From assembly GCA_017557085.1 (NCBI GenBank), contig JAFZAR010000297.1, positions 1 through 33,628 of the forward strand: a stretch of 33,628 nucleotides of DNA, written 5' to 3'. Source of the stretch: Verrucomicrobiota bacterium. Lineage in GTDB: Bacteria > Verrucomicrobiota > Verrucomicrobiia > Limisphaerales > UBA1412. A model generated the notes under the pieces. That model searched no databases, had not been told where the DNA came from, and saw nothing but the letters and a program-made list of their open reading frames with translations. Shown here in pieces: positions 19,889 to 33,289 of the stretch; the first letter of the stretch is position 1; every line of letters begins with the position of its first letter. The position numbers and the translations under genes are program-made.

Positions 19889-19912
19889 ACACTTCTCTTA
19901 ACTTTTTTTCAA

Positions 19913-19933
19913 GGGAGAGGTCAAACCTCTCCC
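19913..19933 (-). terminator. GC-rich hairpin 55 nt downstream of rpoC (possible operon-end or processing hairpin; lacks a 3' U-tract on the sense strand)
   Basis: Perfect 8-bp stem GGGAGAGG-uuuga-CCUCUCCC. On the minus strand it is followed by UUGAAAAAAAGU, so it is not a canonical intrinsic terminator. Confidence 0.3.
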
Positions 19934-19988
19934 TGTCAACTTGTTTTAATTCTTCCAAAAAAGCGTTGCAAATCCTTGCTGTCACCTT

Positions 19989-24239
<4,251 letters not shown>

Positions 24240-24270
24240 TGTTTATCTTTCGTGTTCTATTCCGGTTAAA

Positions 24271-27200
24271 CTATTCTTCGTCGTCTCCAAACAAGGCACG
24301 CAAATCATTTGTCTTGTCAGAGCTTTCTGATTCATCATCCTTCTCGTCCTCCGAGTCGGCTTCCACATTGAATGAAGATTGAGGCGGGATACCGCTTTGC
24401 AGCAGCTGCGCCGTTGCCAGCAGCGTTCCCTCTTCACCGCCTGTACCTACACGCACATCCATACCCAGTGACTGCATTTCCTTCACAAGTACGTTGAAGG
24501 ATTCAGGCACACCGGCGTCCAGAGCATTGTCGCCCTTCACGATGCTTTCATAGATACGTGTACGACCCTGTACATCATCCGATTTGACGGTCAAAATTTC
24601 CTGCAGGCCATAAGCCGCGCCATACGCTTCCATAGCCCAGACTTCCATTTCACCGAAGCGCTGTCCGCCGTACTGGGCTTTACCGCCCAGAGGCTGCTGA
24701 GTGACCAGTGAATAAGGTCCGACCGCACGGGCGTGGATCTTGTCAGCGACCAGGTGGTCCAGTTTCATCATATAGATGTAGCCCACGACCACTTCCTGAT
24801 CGAACCATTCGCCGGAGCGGCCATCGATCAGACGAGTCTTGCCGTTTTCGGGCAAACCGGCCTGAGTCAGATAAGCACGGATCTGCTTCTCATCGATACC
24901 ATCGAACACAGGAGTCGCGATATGCAGCCCCAGGATCTTGGCAGCCCAGCCCAGGTGTGTTTCCAAAACCTGTCCCACATTCATACGGGAAGGCACACCC
25001 AGCGGATTCAGCACGATATCCATCGGCTGACCGTTCGGCAGGAACGGCATATCTTCCACCGGTACGATCTTGGCGACCACACCTTTGTTACCGTGACGGC
25101 CTGCCATCTTGTCACCCACAGAAAGCTTGCGCTTGGAGGCGATGTAAACCTTCACAGATTTTACAACACCGGTAGTGATTTCTTCGCCCGCTTCGATCTG
25201 TCCCATCTCATCTTCATACTGAGCGCGGACATCATCGAATTTTCTGCGGAATCCGCCAATGATCTCATTGATCTTATTGCGGATCGGTGAAGGATCGATC
25301 TCGATCCGGTCATAAACTGATGCCAGTTTACGTAAAAGTGTCTTGGTGATCTTGCGATTGGCCGGGATGATGATCTCGCCAGTCTCGCTGTTGACCACAT
25401 CCAGAGGGATCTTTTCACCCAGCAGGATATTGCTCAAAGCCTCAGTCAGCTGCTCACGCAGATCTTCCATCTTGGTCTTGTATTCATCATGGATCTGACG
25501 GGACTGCTTCTTGGAGTCCACGCCTCCCATCATACCTTCTCTGCGTTTTTCCTGAGCTTTTTCAGATTCCTTCTTGGCCGAAACCTTCACATCCATCACG
25601 ATGCCGTAAGTTCCGGACGGAACACGCAGGGACGTATCTTTCACGTCCGCGGCTTTTTCACCGAAGATCGCGCGGAGCAGGCGCTCTTCCGGAGCCAGTT
25701 CCGTCTCGCTCTTGGGCGTGATCTTGCCCACCAGGATATCACCGGGCTTGACTTCCGCGCCCACACGGATGACACCATCCATGCCTAAATTCTTCAGAGC
25801 TTCCTCACCCAGGTTCGGGATATCACGAGTGATTTCCTCAGGTCCCAGTTTCGTATCACGGGCACCGATCTCAAACTCATCAATGTGGATGGAAGTAAAG
25901 ATATCTTCCTTCACAATGCGCTCACTGATCAGCACGGCATCCTCGAAGTTATATCCATTCCACGGCATGAACGCGACCAGCACATTTTTACCCAGAGCCA
26001 GCTCGCCGTTTTCCGTACAAGGACCGTCCGCGATCACATCACCCTTCTTGACGACATCACCGCGCAGCACCAGCACCCTTTGATTGATGCAGGTCGCCGC
26101 GTTGGAACGCATGAATTTACGGACGGAATAAACACAAACACCGTTAGCGGGATCATGTTTCAGCTTCTTGGTGGTAGTATCCGGCATCTTGCCATCGGTC
26201 GTGATCACGATGCGGTTCGCCGACACCGCGGCCACGATACCGTCAATCTCGGAAATGATCACCGCGCATGAGTCGCGCGCCACACTGCCTTCCAAACCCG
26301 TCGCCACCAGCGGAGCGTCCGCCATCAGCAGAGGAACCGCCTGGCGCTGCATGTTGGAACCCATCAGAGCGCGGTTCGCGTCATCGTGTTCCAGGAACGG
26401 GATCAAACCTGCGGCAACAGACACCACCTGCTTCGGTGAAACGTCCATGTAATCCACACTCTGAGCATCCACGGTCAAAAAGTCACCGGAACGCCGGCAG
26501 GTCACCTTATCCGTCAGGAAATTTCCATTTTCATCGATCGGAGTGTTAGCCTGGGCGATAACAAGATTTTCCTCTTTATCCGCCGTCAGATACTCCACAT
26601 CGGATGAAACCTTTCCATTCACCACTTTGCGGTAAGGAGTTTCGATAAAACCAAAATCATTGATACGGGCAAATGTCGCCAGTGAAGCGATCAAACCGAT
26701 ATTCGGACCTTCAGGAGTCTCGATAGGACAAATTCTTCCATAGTGAGAAGAATGAACGTCGCGGACCTCGAATCCGGCGCGTTCACGGGACAAACCGCCC
26801 GGTCCTAATGCGGAAAGACGACGTTTGTGAGTCATCTCCGCCAGTGGATTGATCTGATCCATGAACTGAGACAACTGGCTGCGGCCGAAGAAATCACGGA
26901 CCACTGCCGAAAGTGCCTTCGGATTGATCAGCTTATCCGGGGTCATGTGATCCGATGTCTGATCAAAGATCGTCATGCGCTCCTTCACCAGGCGCTCTGT
27001 GCGAGCCAGACCGATGCGGCACTGATTGGCCAGCAGCTCACCCACCGTTCTCACACGGCGGCTGCCCAGATGATCGATATCATCCACACAACCATGTCCG
27101 GTGCAGAGTCTCAGCAGATAACGAGTCGCGTACACCACATCATCCGCCATCATGATGCGCACATCTTCGCAGCCGTCTTTCAAGTTCAGTTTCTGTTTCA

Positions 27201-28230
27201 GTTTGTAACGGCCCACACGACCTAAATCGTAACGGCGGGGATCAAAGAACAAACGCTTGATCAGCGACTTGGCATTGCTGACAGTCGGAGGATCGCCCGG
27301 ACGCAGACGACGGTAGATCTCCTTCAGAGCATCTTCCTCATTCTTGACCGGATCCTTCTTCAGGCATTTGATCATAATGCCCTCATCCACAGAAGCGTCG
27401 ATCACACGGATCTTGCGCACACCGGCATCCAGGATCGCCATCAGGACCGCCTTGGACAGCGGCTCGAACGCGCGGCCTACCGTAGCACCGGTCTCAGAAT
27501 TTACAACATCGTCCACCAGAGCCAGATTCTCCAGCCCTTCGGAATCCATCGTCTTCTTGACATCGGCCTCTTTGATGTCATAAAAGAGCTCCAGAATGTC
27601 CTTATCCGTGGAATAACCCAGGACACGCAGGAAAGTCGTGATCAGGAATTTACGACGTAATTTCTTGCGGTCTAAATAAATATAAAGCAAATCACTGGTA
27701 TCGAACTTAGCCTCGAACCAAGAGCCGCGATCCGGAATAATGCGGTAAGAATACAACTTCTTGCCATTCGGATGCATCGTCGACTCAAAAGCGATACCAG
27801 GAGAACGGTGCAGCTGACTGACAATAACACGCTCCGCTCCGTTGATAACAAAAGTACCTTGAGGCGTCATCATCGGGATCTCACCCATGAAGACCACTTT
27901 CTCCTGGGTCACCCCGTTATTATTCAGCAGAAAAGTAACATTCAGAGGAACACCATAGGTCAATCCCTCGCGCAAAGCTTCCAGCCACGTGATCTTCGGC
28001 TCCGAAACCGTGTAACTCTTATAATTGAGAATGATCTTACCATCGTAGCTTTCAATGGGGAAAACTTCCGAAAAAGCCGCGTGCAAACCGATGTCTAACC
28101 GTTCTTCCGGAGCTACATCCGCCTGAAGGAATTCCTTATAGGAATCGACCTGTAACTCTATCAACATCGGGGGCGGTATCACTTCCCGAATTTTTCCAAA
28201 ATTAACTCTTTGTGGCACTTTCGATGACAT
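24271..28230 (-). CDS. rpoB: DNA-directed RNA polymerase subunit beta (1319 aa, with an acidic C-terminal tail)
   Basis: Contains the rif-region-like [34 protein letters not shown], plus GRHGNKGVV and EMEVWA motifs. Confidence 0.98.
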   Translation of the reverse strand: MSSKVPQRVNFGKIREVIPPPMLIELQVDSYKEFLQADVAPEERLDIGLHAAFSEVFPIESYDGKIILNYKSYTVSEPKITWLEALREGLTYGVPLNVTFLLNNNGVTQEKVVFMGEIPMMTPQGTFVINGAERVIVSQLHRSPGIAFESTMHPNGKKLYSYRIIPDRGSWFEAKFDTSDLLYIYLDRKKLRRKFLITTFLRVLGYSTDKDILELFYDIKEADVKKTMDSEGLENLALVDDVVNSETGATVGRAFEPLSKAVLMAILDAGVRKIRVIDASVDEGIMIKCLKKDPVKNEEDALKEIYRRLRPGDPPTVSNAKSLIKRLFFDPRRYDLGRVGRYKLKQKLNLKDGCEDVRIMMADDVVYATRYLLRLCTGHGCVDDIDHLGSRRVRTVGELLANQCRIGLARTERLVKERMTIFDQTSDHMTPDKLINPKALSAVVRDFFGRSQLSQFMDQINPLAEMTHKRRLSALGPGGLSRERAGFEVRDVHSSHYGRICPIETPEGPNIGLIASLATFARINDFGFIETPYRKVVNGKVSSDVEYLTADKEENLVIAQANTPIDENGNFLTDKVTCRRSGDFLTVDAQSVDYMDVSPKQVVSVAAGLIPFLEHDDANRALMGSNMQRQAVPLLMADAPLVATGLEGSVARDSCAVIISEIDGIVAAVSANRIVITTDGKMPDTTTKKLKHDPANGVCVYSVRKFMRSNAATCINQRVLVLRGDVVKKGDVIADGPCTENGELALGKNVLVAFMPWNGYNFEDAVLISERIVKEDIFTSIHIDEFEIGARDTKLGPEEITRDIPNLGEEALKNLGMDGVIRVGAEVKPGDILVGKITPKSETELAPEERLLRAIFGEKAADVKDTSLRVPSGTYGIVMDVKVSAKKESEKAQEKRREGMMGGVDSKKQSRQIHDEYKTKMEDLREQLTEALSNILLGEKIPLDVVNSETGEIIIPANRKITKTLLRKLASVYDRIEIDPSPIRNKINEIIGGFRRKFDDVRAQYEDEMGQIEAGEEITTGVVKSVKVYIASKRKLSVGDKMAGRHGNKGVVAKIVPVEDMPFLPNGQPMDIVLNPLGVPSRMNVGQVLETHLGWAAKILGLHIATPVFDGIDEKQIRAYLTQAGLPENGKTRLIDGRSGEWFDQEVVVGYIYMMKLDHLVADKIHARAVGPYSLVTQQPLGGKAQYGGQRFGEMEVWAMEAYGAAYGLQEILTVKSDDVQGRTRIYESIVKGDNALDAGVPESFNVLVKEMQSLGMDVRVGTGGEEGTLLATAQLLQSGIPPQSSFNVEADSEDEKDDESESSDKTNDLRALFGDDEE

Positions 28231-28491
28231 TTAAGCCTCTCTGTGAAGATTTTGAAGATCAAATTTTATGACAAAACAAAACGACAACATCCCCCTGACC
28301 TTCAAAAAAGGATGTTTCGCTTCTTATTTAATATTTTTTCAGAGTATTTAAACCCCTAGGATTTAAACGCATACGTAATGGAAATCCTTGATCCGAGGAT
28401 TCCGAACCCGCACAATTATTGCGGTTTAAAAAAACAAAAGCAAGCTTTTTCTTTATAAAATAAAAAAAAATATTGCTCTTCATGTGCGCAC

Positions 28492-28528
28492 ACACAGGGC
28501 AGGAAACCTCAGGCGTCCTGCCCTGTGT
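28492..28528 (-). promoter_or_regulatory. Perfect 13-bp stem-loop downstream of rplL: candidate rplL-rpoB attenuator or RNase processing site
   Basis: The minus-strand RNA reads ACACAGGGCAGGA-(11-nt loop)-UCCUGCCCUGUGU (arms 28516..28528 and 28492..28504). It begins 44 nt after the rplL stop. A U9 run follows, but only about 22 nt downstream (forward A-run 28462..28470). Confidence 0.5.
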
Positions 28529-28571
28529 AAATAACACTCTCCGAAAAACAGAGAGTTCGTGTTCGAGTAAA

Positions 28572-28949
28572 CTACTTGATCTCGATCTTGGCGCCGGCTT
28601 CTTCCAGCTTCTTCTTGGCGGCTTCGGCTTCTTCCTTGGTCACACCTTCCAGGATGGCCTTCGGAGCTTCTTCCACCATCTTCTTGGCGTCAGCCAAACC
28701 GAGTCCGGCCTTCACCTCACGCACAGCCTTGATCACCGCGATCTTCTTGGCAGCGTCAATACCAGCGATAACAACGTCAAAAGAGGTCTTCTCTTCAGCA
28801 GGAGCTGCGGCACCACCGGCAACAGCGGCCACTGCGACAGGAGCTGCGGCGGTCACGCCCCAGGCTTCTTCCAGACTCTTCACCAGCTCGGCGGCTTCGA
28901 TCACCGTCAGCTTACCCAATTCTTCTACTAATGCTTTAATATCAGCCAT
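28572..28949 (-). CDS. rplL: 50S ribosomal protein L7/L12
   Basis: 125 aa: [32 protein letters not shown], an Ala-rich hinge, then [25 protein letters not shown]. Confidence 0.97.
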   Translation of the reverse strand: MADIKALVEELGKLTVIEAAELVKSLEEAWGVTAAAPVAVAAVAGGAAAPAEEKTSFDVVIAGIDAAKKIAVIKAVREVKAGLGLADAKKMVEEAPKAILEGVTKEEAEAAKKKLEEAGAKIEIK

Positions 28950-29027
28950 TTTATACTTTCCGGCGTCGTCCCTGAAGCGTCAGGAAATTAGTCAGGCGCA
29001 TCCCGTCCGACACCTATGTTTCTCTCC

Positions 29028-29052
29028 CTGTCCTTTCGGCTGGAAAGGACAG
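29028..29052 (-). promoter_or_regulatory. 10-bp stem-loop in the rplJ-rplL intercistronic spacer (function unknown)
   Basis: CUGUCCUUUC-cagcc-GAAAGGACAG on the minus strand (arms 29043..29052 and 29028..29037). No U-tract follows on the sense strand. The spacer is 119 nt long. Confidence 0.35.
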
Positions 29053-29068
29053 AGAAAATTGTTTTTGA

Positions 29069-29602
29069 TTACGACTCTTTATCTACGTGAGCCTTGATGA
29101 CACGGGCCAACTGCTGACCAGGAGCGGCCAGAGTACCCACCAACTTCGTCGCGGGAGCTTGGATCGTCCGCAGCAGCGTCGCGCGCAGTTCATCCAGAGG
29201 CGGCAGATCTGCCAGGATATTCAATGTGGCCACATCTGTGCGGGCACCATCAATATAACCGAAAAGCAGAACACCTTTCTGAGTATCCTTATTGAAAGTC
29301 TTCACAGCCTTGGCCGCGGAAGCGACGTCCTTTTGACCCGTCACCACTGCAACCTGACCGAACAGACCTTCACCCACGTTCTCTAAACCGGCAGAGGTAG
29401 CGACCGTGCGGAACACCGTGCTTTTCACCACATGAGCTTCAGCACCAGCGTCTCTCAGACGTTTACGCAGATCCGTAAACTGACCGACGCTCATTCCCTT
29501 GTAATCCACTACCAGGAAAAACGGAGAATCGCTCAGACGGAGCGCATACTCCTGCCCCATTGCCACCTTAATCTTATTCAGCTTATTCGCACCTTTCTTC
29601 AT
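29069..29602 (-). CDS. rplJ: 50S ribosomal protein L10
   Basis: 177 aa with the typical L10 N-terminal region (FFLVVDYKGMSVGQFTDLRKRLRDAGAEAHVVK). It lies between rplA and rplL. Confidence 0.95.
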   Translation of the reverse strand: MKKGANKLNKIKVAMGQEYALRLSDSPFFLVVDYKGMSVGQFTDLRKRLRDAGAEAHVVKSTVFRTVATSAGLENVGEGLFGQVAVVTGQKDVASAAKAVKTFNKDTQKGVLLFGYIDGARTDVATLNILADLPPLDELRATLLRTIQAPATKLVGTLAAPGQQLARVIKAHVDKES

Positions 29603-29620
29603 TGTAAATATCTCCTATAT

Positions 29621-30331
29621 TTATTCAAGTACTGCCGTTCCACCCTTCAGCGCGATGCGCACGGAAGGACTCATCGTAGTCGAAAGAGTGATACTCTGAA
29701 TATATGTACCTTTTACCGCAGAAGGACGAGCTTTCTCGATCGCCGAGATAGCTGTCGTCACATTCTCAAAAATCTGTGTCTCGTTAAAAGAGATCTTGCC
29801 AACAGGCATATTGATGTTGGCTGTCTTGTCCACTTTATATTCCACACGGCCGGCCTTGAATTCTTTCACAGCCTTGCCGGTGTCATCGGTCACGGTACCC
29901 GTCTTCGGATTCGGCATCAAACCACGAGGACCTAACACCTTACCCAGTTTACGCACTTCAACCATGGCTTCAGGTGTCGCGATGGCCACATCAAAGTCCA
30001 CCCAACCACCTTTGCACTTTTCGATCAGATCTTCAAAACCGACATTCTCGGCACCCGCTGCGACAGCGGCGTCGAAAGAAGGACCAGCCTTGGTGAAGAC
30101 TGCCACGCGGATCACGCGGCCACTGCCGTGCGGCAGCGGTACTGTACCACGAACCAACTGATCTGACTGCTTGGGATCCACGCCCAAGTGGAAAGACAGA
30201 TCGATCGTCTCATTGAACTTGGCGCGAGGGAACTTCGTGAGGATCTCCACGGCCTTTTTCAACGGATAACGCTCCTCAAGGTTTGCCACCTTGAGACCAT
30301 TTTTATAACGTTTACTTTCTTTTCTTTGCAT
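29621..30331 (-). CDS. rplA: 50S ribosomal protein L1
   Basis: 236 aa with FNETIDLSFHLGVDPKQSDQLVRGTVPLPHGSG and LGPRGLMPNPKTGTVT. Confidence 0.97.
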   Translation of the reverse strand: MQRKESKRYKNGLKVANLEERYPLKKAVEILTKFPRAKFNETIDLSFHLGVDPKQSDQLVRGTVPLPHGSGRVIRVAVFTKAGPSFDAAVAAGAENVGFEDLIEKCKGGWVDFDVAIATPEAMVEVRKLGKVLGPRGLMPNPKTGTVTDDTGKAVKEFKAGRVEYKVDKTANINMPVGKISFNETQIFENVTTAISAIEKARPSAVKGTYIQSITLSTTMSPSVRIALKGGTAVLE

Positions 30332-30404
30332 TTCCTATTTGCGGTTTTCGGGCCTATTGGACCCTCCCGCCTTTCTATTCTCTGCAGGATATACAGCGCT
30401 GGAA

Positions 30405-30830
30405 CTAGCCAACGACCTCGATACCCATGCTGCGAGCCGTACCCGAAATCACACGGATAGCGGCTTCTTCACTATTTACATTCAGATCTTTGCCTTTCAG
30501 CTTGATGATATCCAGCACCTGCTTGCGTGTTACCTTGCCCACCTTGTTTGTATTCGGTGTACCGGAACCACTGGCGATGCCTGCGGCCTTCTTCAGGAGC
30601 GCCGCAGCCGGAGGAGACTTCAGGATGAACTTAAAGGACTTATCCTGAAACACCGTGATGATCACAGGAATGATCATACCGGGCTGATCCTTTGTAGCCG
30701 CGTTGAACTCTTTGCAGAATCCCATGATATTCACACCATGCTGACCCAGCGCAGGGCCGACCGGAGGTGCAGGATTGGCCTGTCCACCGGGGATTTGTAA
30801 CTTGATCTGACCGACAACCTTCTTTGCCAT
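30405..30830 (-). CDS. rplK: 50S ribosomal protein L11
   Basis: 141 aa beginning [44 protein letters not shown]. Confidence 0.97.
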   Translation of the reverse strand: MAKKVVGQIKLQIPGGQANPAPPVGPALGQHGVNIMGFCKEFNAATKDQPGMIIPVIITVFQDKSFKFILKSPPAAALLKKAAGIASGSGTPNTNKVGKVTRKQVLDIIKLKGKDLNVNSEEAAIRVISGTARSMGIEVVG

Positions 30831-30838
30831 AATCTTGT

Positions 30839-30861
30839 AAAAAAAACTTTTCTTCGGAAAA
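30839..30861 (-). terminator. Weak AU-rich hairpin plus U8 between nusG and rplK (possible partial terminator)
   Basis: The minus strand reads UUUUC-cgaa-GAAAA-G-UUUUUUUU. The stem is only 5 bp with one GC pair, so it is marginal. Confidence 0.2.
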
Positions 30862-30878
30862 ACTGATTGAAAATTGAA

Positions 30879-31436
30879 CTATACTACTTTCTCCACCTGC
30901 CAGTATTCCAATTCAACAGGCGTATTGCGGCCGAAAATGCTGACCATGACTTTCAACTTGCCTCTCTCCGGCTCGACCTCTTCGATCACACCACTGAAAT
31001 TCAAGAAAGGACCATCGTTGATCTTTACAGTTTCGCCCACCACAAAATTGACTCTTGGCTTCTCCGTATCTTCGGATTCGGTGATCCGAACCTTGATCTC
31101 TTCCACTTCTTCATCCGGAGTTGCCATGGGGTGCTCTCCCCCCACAAAACCGATTGCTCCCTGTGTCGCCTGGACAAAATACCAGGGAACATCATTGATC
31201 TTCTTACCTTCTCCGTAAAGAGCTACATTGATAAACACATAACCCGGAAACAACTTCCGGTTTATCACACTCTTCTTGCCATTCCGAACTTCAACAACTT
31301 TTTCGACGGGCACCATCACCTCGCGGATGTAGTCTTTAGCCTCTTCCTGAATGGCCAGTCTGCGTTCAATACCTTCCTTCACCTTCATTTCTTGTCCTGA
31401 AAGTGTATGGATCACAAACCATTGGAATTTCTTCAT
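30879..31436 (-). CDS. nusG: Transcription termination/antitermination factor NusG
   Basis: 185 aa with NGN-domain WFVIHTLSGQEMKVKE and C-terminal KOW FVVGETVKINDGPFLNFSGVIEEV. It follows secE. Confidence 0.95.
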   Translation of the reverse strand: MKKFQWFVIHTLSGQEMKVKEGIERRLAIQEEAKDYIREVMVPVEKVVEVRNGKKSVINRKLFPGYVFINVALYGEGKKINDVPWYFVQATQGAIGFVGGEHPMATPDEEVEEIKVRITESEDTEKPRVNFVVGETVKINDGPFLNFSGVIEEVEPERGKLKVMVSIFGRNTPVELEYWQVEKVV

Positions 31437-31462
31437 ATATTAGCCCGCTGTTTTCAGTTGTC

Positions 31463-31735
31463 TTAGAGTGATACAATCTGGCTGATGACCAGAGTAATAA
31501 TGAAATCAGCCGCAACGGTCATAAGTCCTAAGATCATAGACGCGATGATGATGACGACCGTTGAGCCTTTCAGCTCCGTCATGCTCGGCCAAGTACACTT
31601 GCGGAGTTCTTCACGCGTTTCGGCAGTATAGATCGCGATCTTTTTGATCCAACCTTTCCACCACGCGAACGCAAAAAGACCACCAATGACGACCGTCCAG
31701 ATCGCCAAACTGATTAATTCTTTGTTACCTTCCAC
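31463..31735 (-). CDS. secE: Preprotein translocase subunit SecE (90 aa, two predicted TM segments)
   Basis: GTG start (31735-31733) with GAGGT 7 nt upstream. It has a hydrophobic N-terminal helix, then ETREELRKCTWPSMTELKGSTVVIIIASMILGL, the conserved SecE amphipathic-plus-TM core. It has the canonical position before nusG. Confidence 0.82.
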   Translation of the reverse strand: MEGNKELISLAIWTVVIGGLFAFAWWKGWIKKIAIYTAETREELRKCTWPSMTELKGSTVVIIIASMILGLMTVAADFIITLVISQIVSL

Positions 31736-31755
31736 GATAATTACCTCAGAAATCT

Positions 31756-31844
31756 TGGCGGAGGGGGAGGGATTCGAACCCCCGAAGGATTTTACCCTTA
31801 ACGGTTTTCAAGACCGCCGCGTTCGACCACTCTGCCACCCCTCC
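31756..31844 (-). tRNA. tRNA-Ser (anticodon UGA), class II with a long variable arm, CCA encoded
   Basis: Reverse complement: GGAGGGGTGGCAGAGTGGTCGAACGCGGCGGTCTTGAAAACCGTTAAGGGTAAAATCCTTCGGGGGTTCGAATCCCTCCCCCTCCGCCA. The acceptor is GGAGGGG/CCCCTCC and the anticodon loop is CTTGAAA. It closely parallels E. coli serT as I remember it. There is one A-C mismatch in the D stem. Confidence 0.85.
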
Positions 31845-31853
31845 ATCTGACTT

Positions 31854-31929
31854 TGGCAGGGCAGGAGGGACTCGAACCCCCAACCCACGGTTTTGGAGAC
31901 CGGTACTCTACCAATTGAGCTACTGCCCT
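31854..31929 (-). tRNA. tRNA-Trp (anticodon CCA), CCA encoded
   Basis: Reverse complement: AGGGCAGTAGCTCAATTGGTAGAGTACCGGTCTCCAAAACCGTGGGTTGGGGGTTCGAGTCCCTCCTGCCCTGCCA. The cloverleaf folds with anticodon loop CTCCAAA. It has the classic position between tuf and secE. Confidence 0.9.
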
Positions 31930-31959
31930 ACCCAGCCAATGACCTTGCGGTCACGGCAG

Positions 31960-31997
31960 AAAAAAATCTGAGCAGAGCGGGCCGCAAAACCCGCTCT
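31960..31997 (-). terminator. Hairpin plus U7 downstream of tuf (terminator or attenuator)
   Basis: The minus strand reads AGAGCGGG-uuuugcgg-CCCGCUCU (arms 31990..31997 and 31974..31981). After it come 7 nt and then UUUUUUU (31966..31960). The gap before the U-run is non-canonical. tRNA-Trp starts only 30 nt further on with no promoter-like sequence between. Confidence 0.45.
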
Positions 31998-32016
31998 ACT
32001 TGTAAAAAATCAGATG

Positions 32017-33207
32017 TTATTCTTCAACATCGCTGATACGACCCGCACCGACCGTTCTGCCGCCTTCACGGATAGCAAAACGCTGGCCTTTTTCCATAGC
32101 CACCGGAGCGATCAATTCAACGCTCATTGAAATATTGTCACCGGGCATAACCATTTCCACGCCTTCAGGCAGATGGATGGAACCCGTTACGTCAGTTGTA
32201 CGGAAGTAGAACTGAGGACGATAGTTGTTCACGAACGGAGTGTGACGGCCACCCTCTTCTTTGGAGAGGACGTACACTTCCGCTTTGAACTTCGTATGAG
32301 GAGTGATGGAACCGGGTTTGGCCAACACCATACCGCGTTCGACTTCATCCTTCTTCACACCACGCAGCAGAACACCCACGTTGTCACCAGCGCGAGCTTC
32401 ATCCAGCAGCTTGCGGAACATTTCGATATCCGTAGCAACTGTCTTGCGGGTTTCTCTCAGACCTACGAGTTCGACGTCGGTCATGCGTTTGAGCACACCA
32501 CGTTCCACACGGCCGGTCACCACTGTGCCACGACCTTCAATGTTGAACACGTCTTCCAGTGACATCAAGAAAGGCTTGTCGACTTCGCGCATCGGCTCGG
32601 GGATATAAGTATCCAGAGCATTCAGCAGATCATCGATAGCTTTCACACCCTCCGGAGTACCGGCCTGCGCTGCGGCAGAGGAACCACGGATAACGGGGAT
32701 TTCATCACCAGGGAAACCATATTTGGTGAGGAGATCGCGAATTTCCATCTCGACCAGGTCGAGCAATTCAGGATCATCCACTAAATCTACTTTGTTCAGG
32801 AACACCACGATTGCCGGCACACCGACCTGGCGGGCCAACAAGATGTGTTCACGGGTCTGAGGCATAGGACCATCCGCTGCGCTCACGACCAAAATAGCAC
32901 CGTCCATCTGGGCGGCACCCGTGATCATGTTCTTGATATAGTCAGCGTGACCCGGACAGTCAACGTGCGCATAGTGGCGCTTTTCTGACTCATATTCTAC
33001 GTGAGAGATGGCGATCGTGACGGTCTTTGTTTCATCACGGACCGTGCCACCCTTTGTAATTTCCGCATAGCTGACTTCTTTGGCCAGACCTTTGCGAGCC
33101 TGCTCCATGACGATGGCTGCCGTCAAGGTTGACTTGCCATGATCCACATGGCCGATGGAACCCACATTCACGTGGGTTTTAGTACGTTGAAACGACTCTT
33201 TTCCCAT
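32017..33207 (-). CDS. tuf: Elongation factor Tu (396 aa) with an atypical switch I segment
   Basis: [53 protein letters not shown], and domains II/III ([33 protein letters not shown]) are present. It lies between tRNA-Thr and tRNA-Trp. Confidence 0.96.
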   Translation of the reverse strand: MGKESFQRTKTHVNVGSIGHVDHGKSTLTAAIVMEQARKGLAKEVSYAEITKGGTVRDETKTVTIAISHVEYESEKRHYAHVDCPGHADYIKNMITGAAQMDGAILVVSAADGPMPQTREHILLARQVGVPAIVVFLNKVDLVDDPELLDLVEMEIRDLLTKYGFPGDEIPVIRGSSAAAQAGTPEGVKAIDDLLNALDTYIPEPMREVDKPFLMSLEDVFNIEGRGTVVTGRVERGVLKRMTDVELVGLRETRKTVATDIEMFRKLLDEARAGDNVGVLLRGVKKDEVERGMVLAKPGSITPHTKFKAEVYVLSKEEGGRHTPFVNNYRPQFYFRTTDVTGSIHLPEGVEMVMPGDNISMSVELIAPVAMEKGQRFAIREGGRTVGAGRISDVEE

Positions 33208-33289
33208 TGCAATTCCTGTATCTTGCTAATTTTTAATTATTAAGACTTAACGCTCCGTTGCCCTCTCTGAAAGCCCCTGTCCTGATGAA

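Noticed and set aside
28328-28537. 69-aa minus-strand ORF in the rplL-rpoB spacer (GTG start; contains CPVC and a hydrophobic stretch).
   Set aside because: The GTG start has no SD. The ORF runs straight through the 13-bp hairpin and the U-rich tract, the sequence is AT-rich low complexity, and there is no family resemblance. It is more likely non-coding regulatory RNA. Only Ribo-seq could rescue it.
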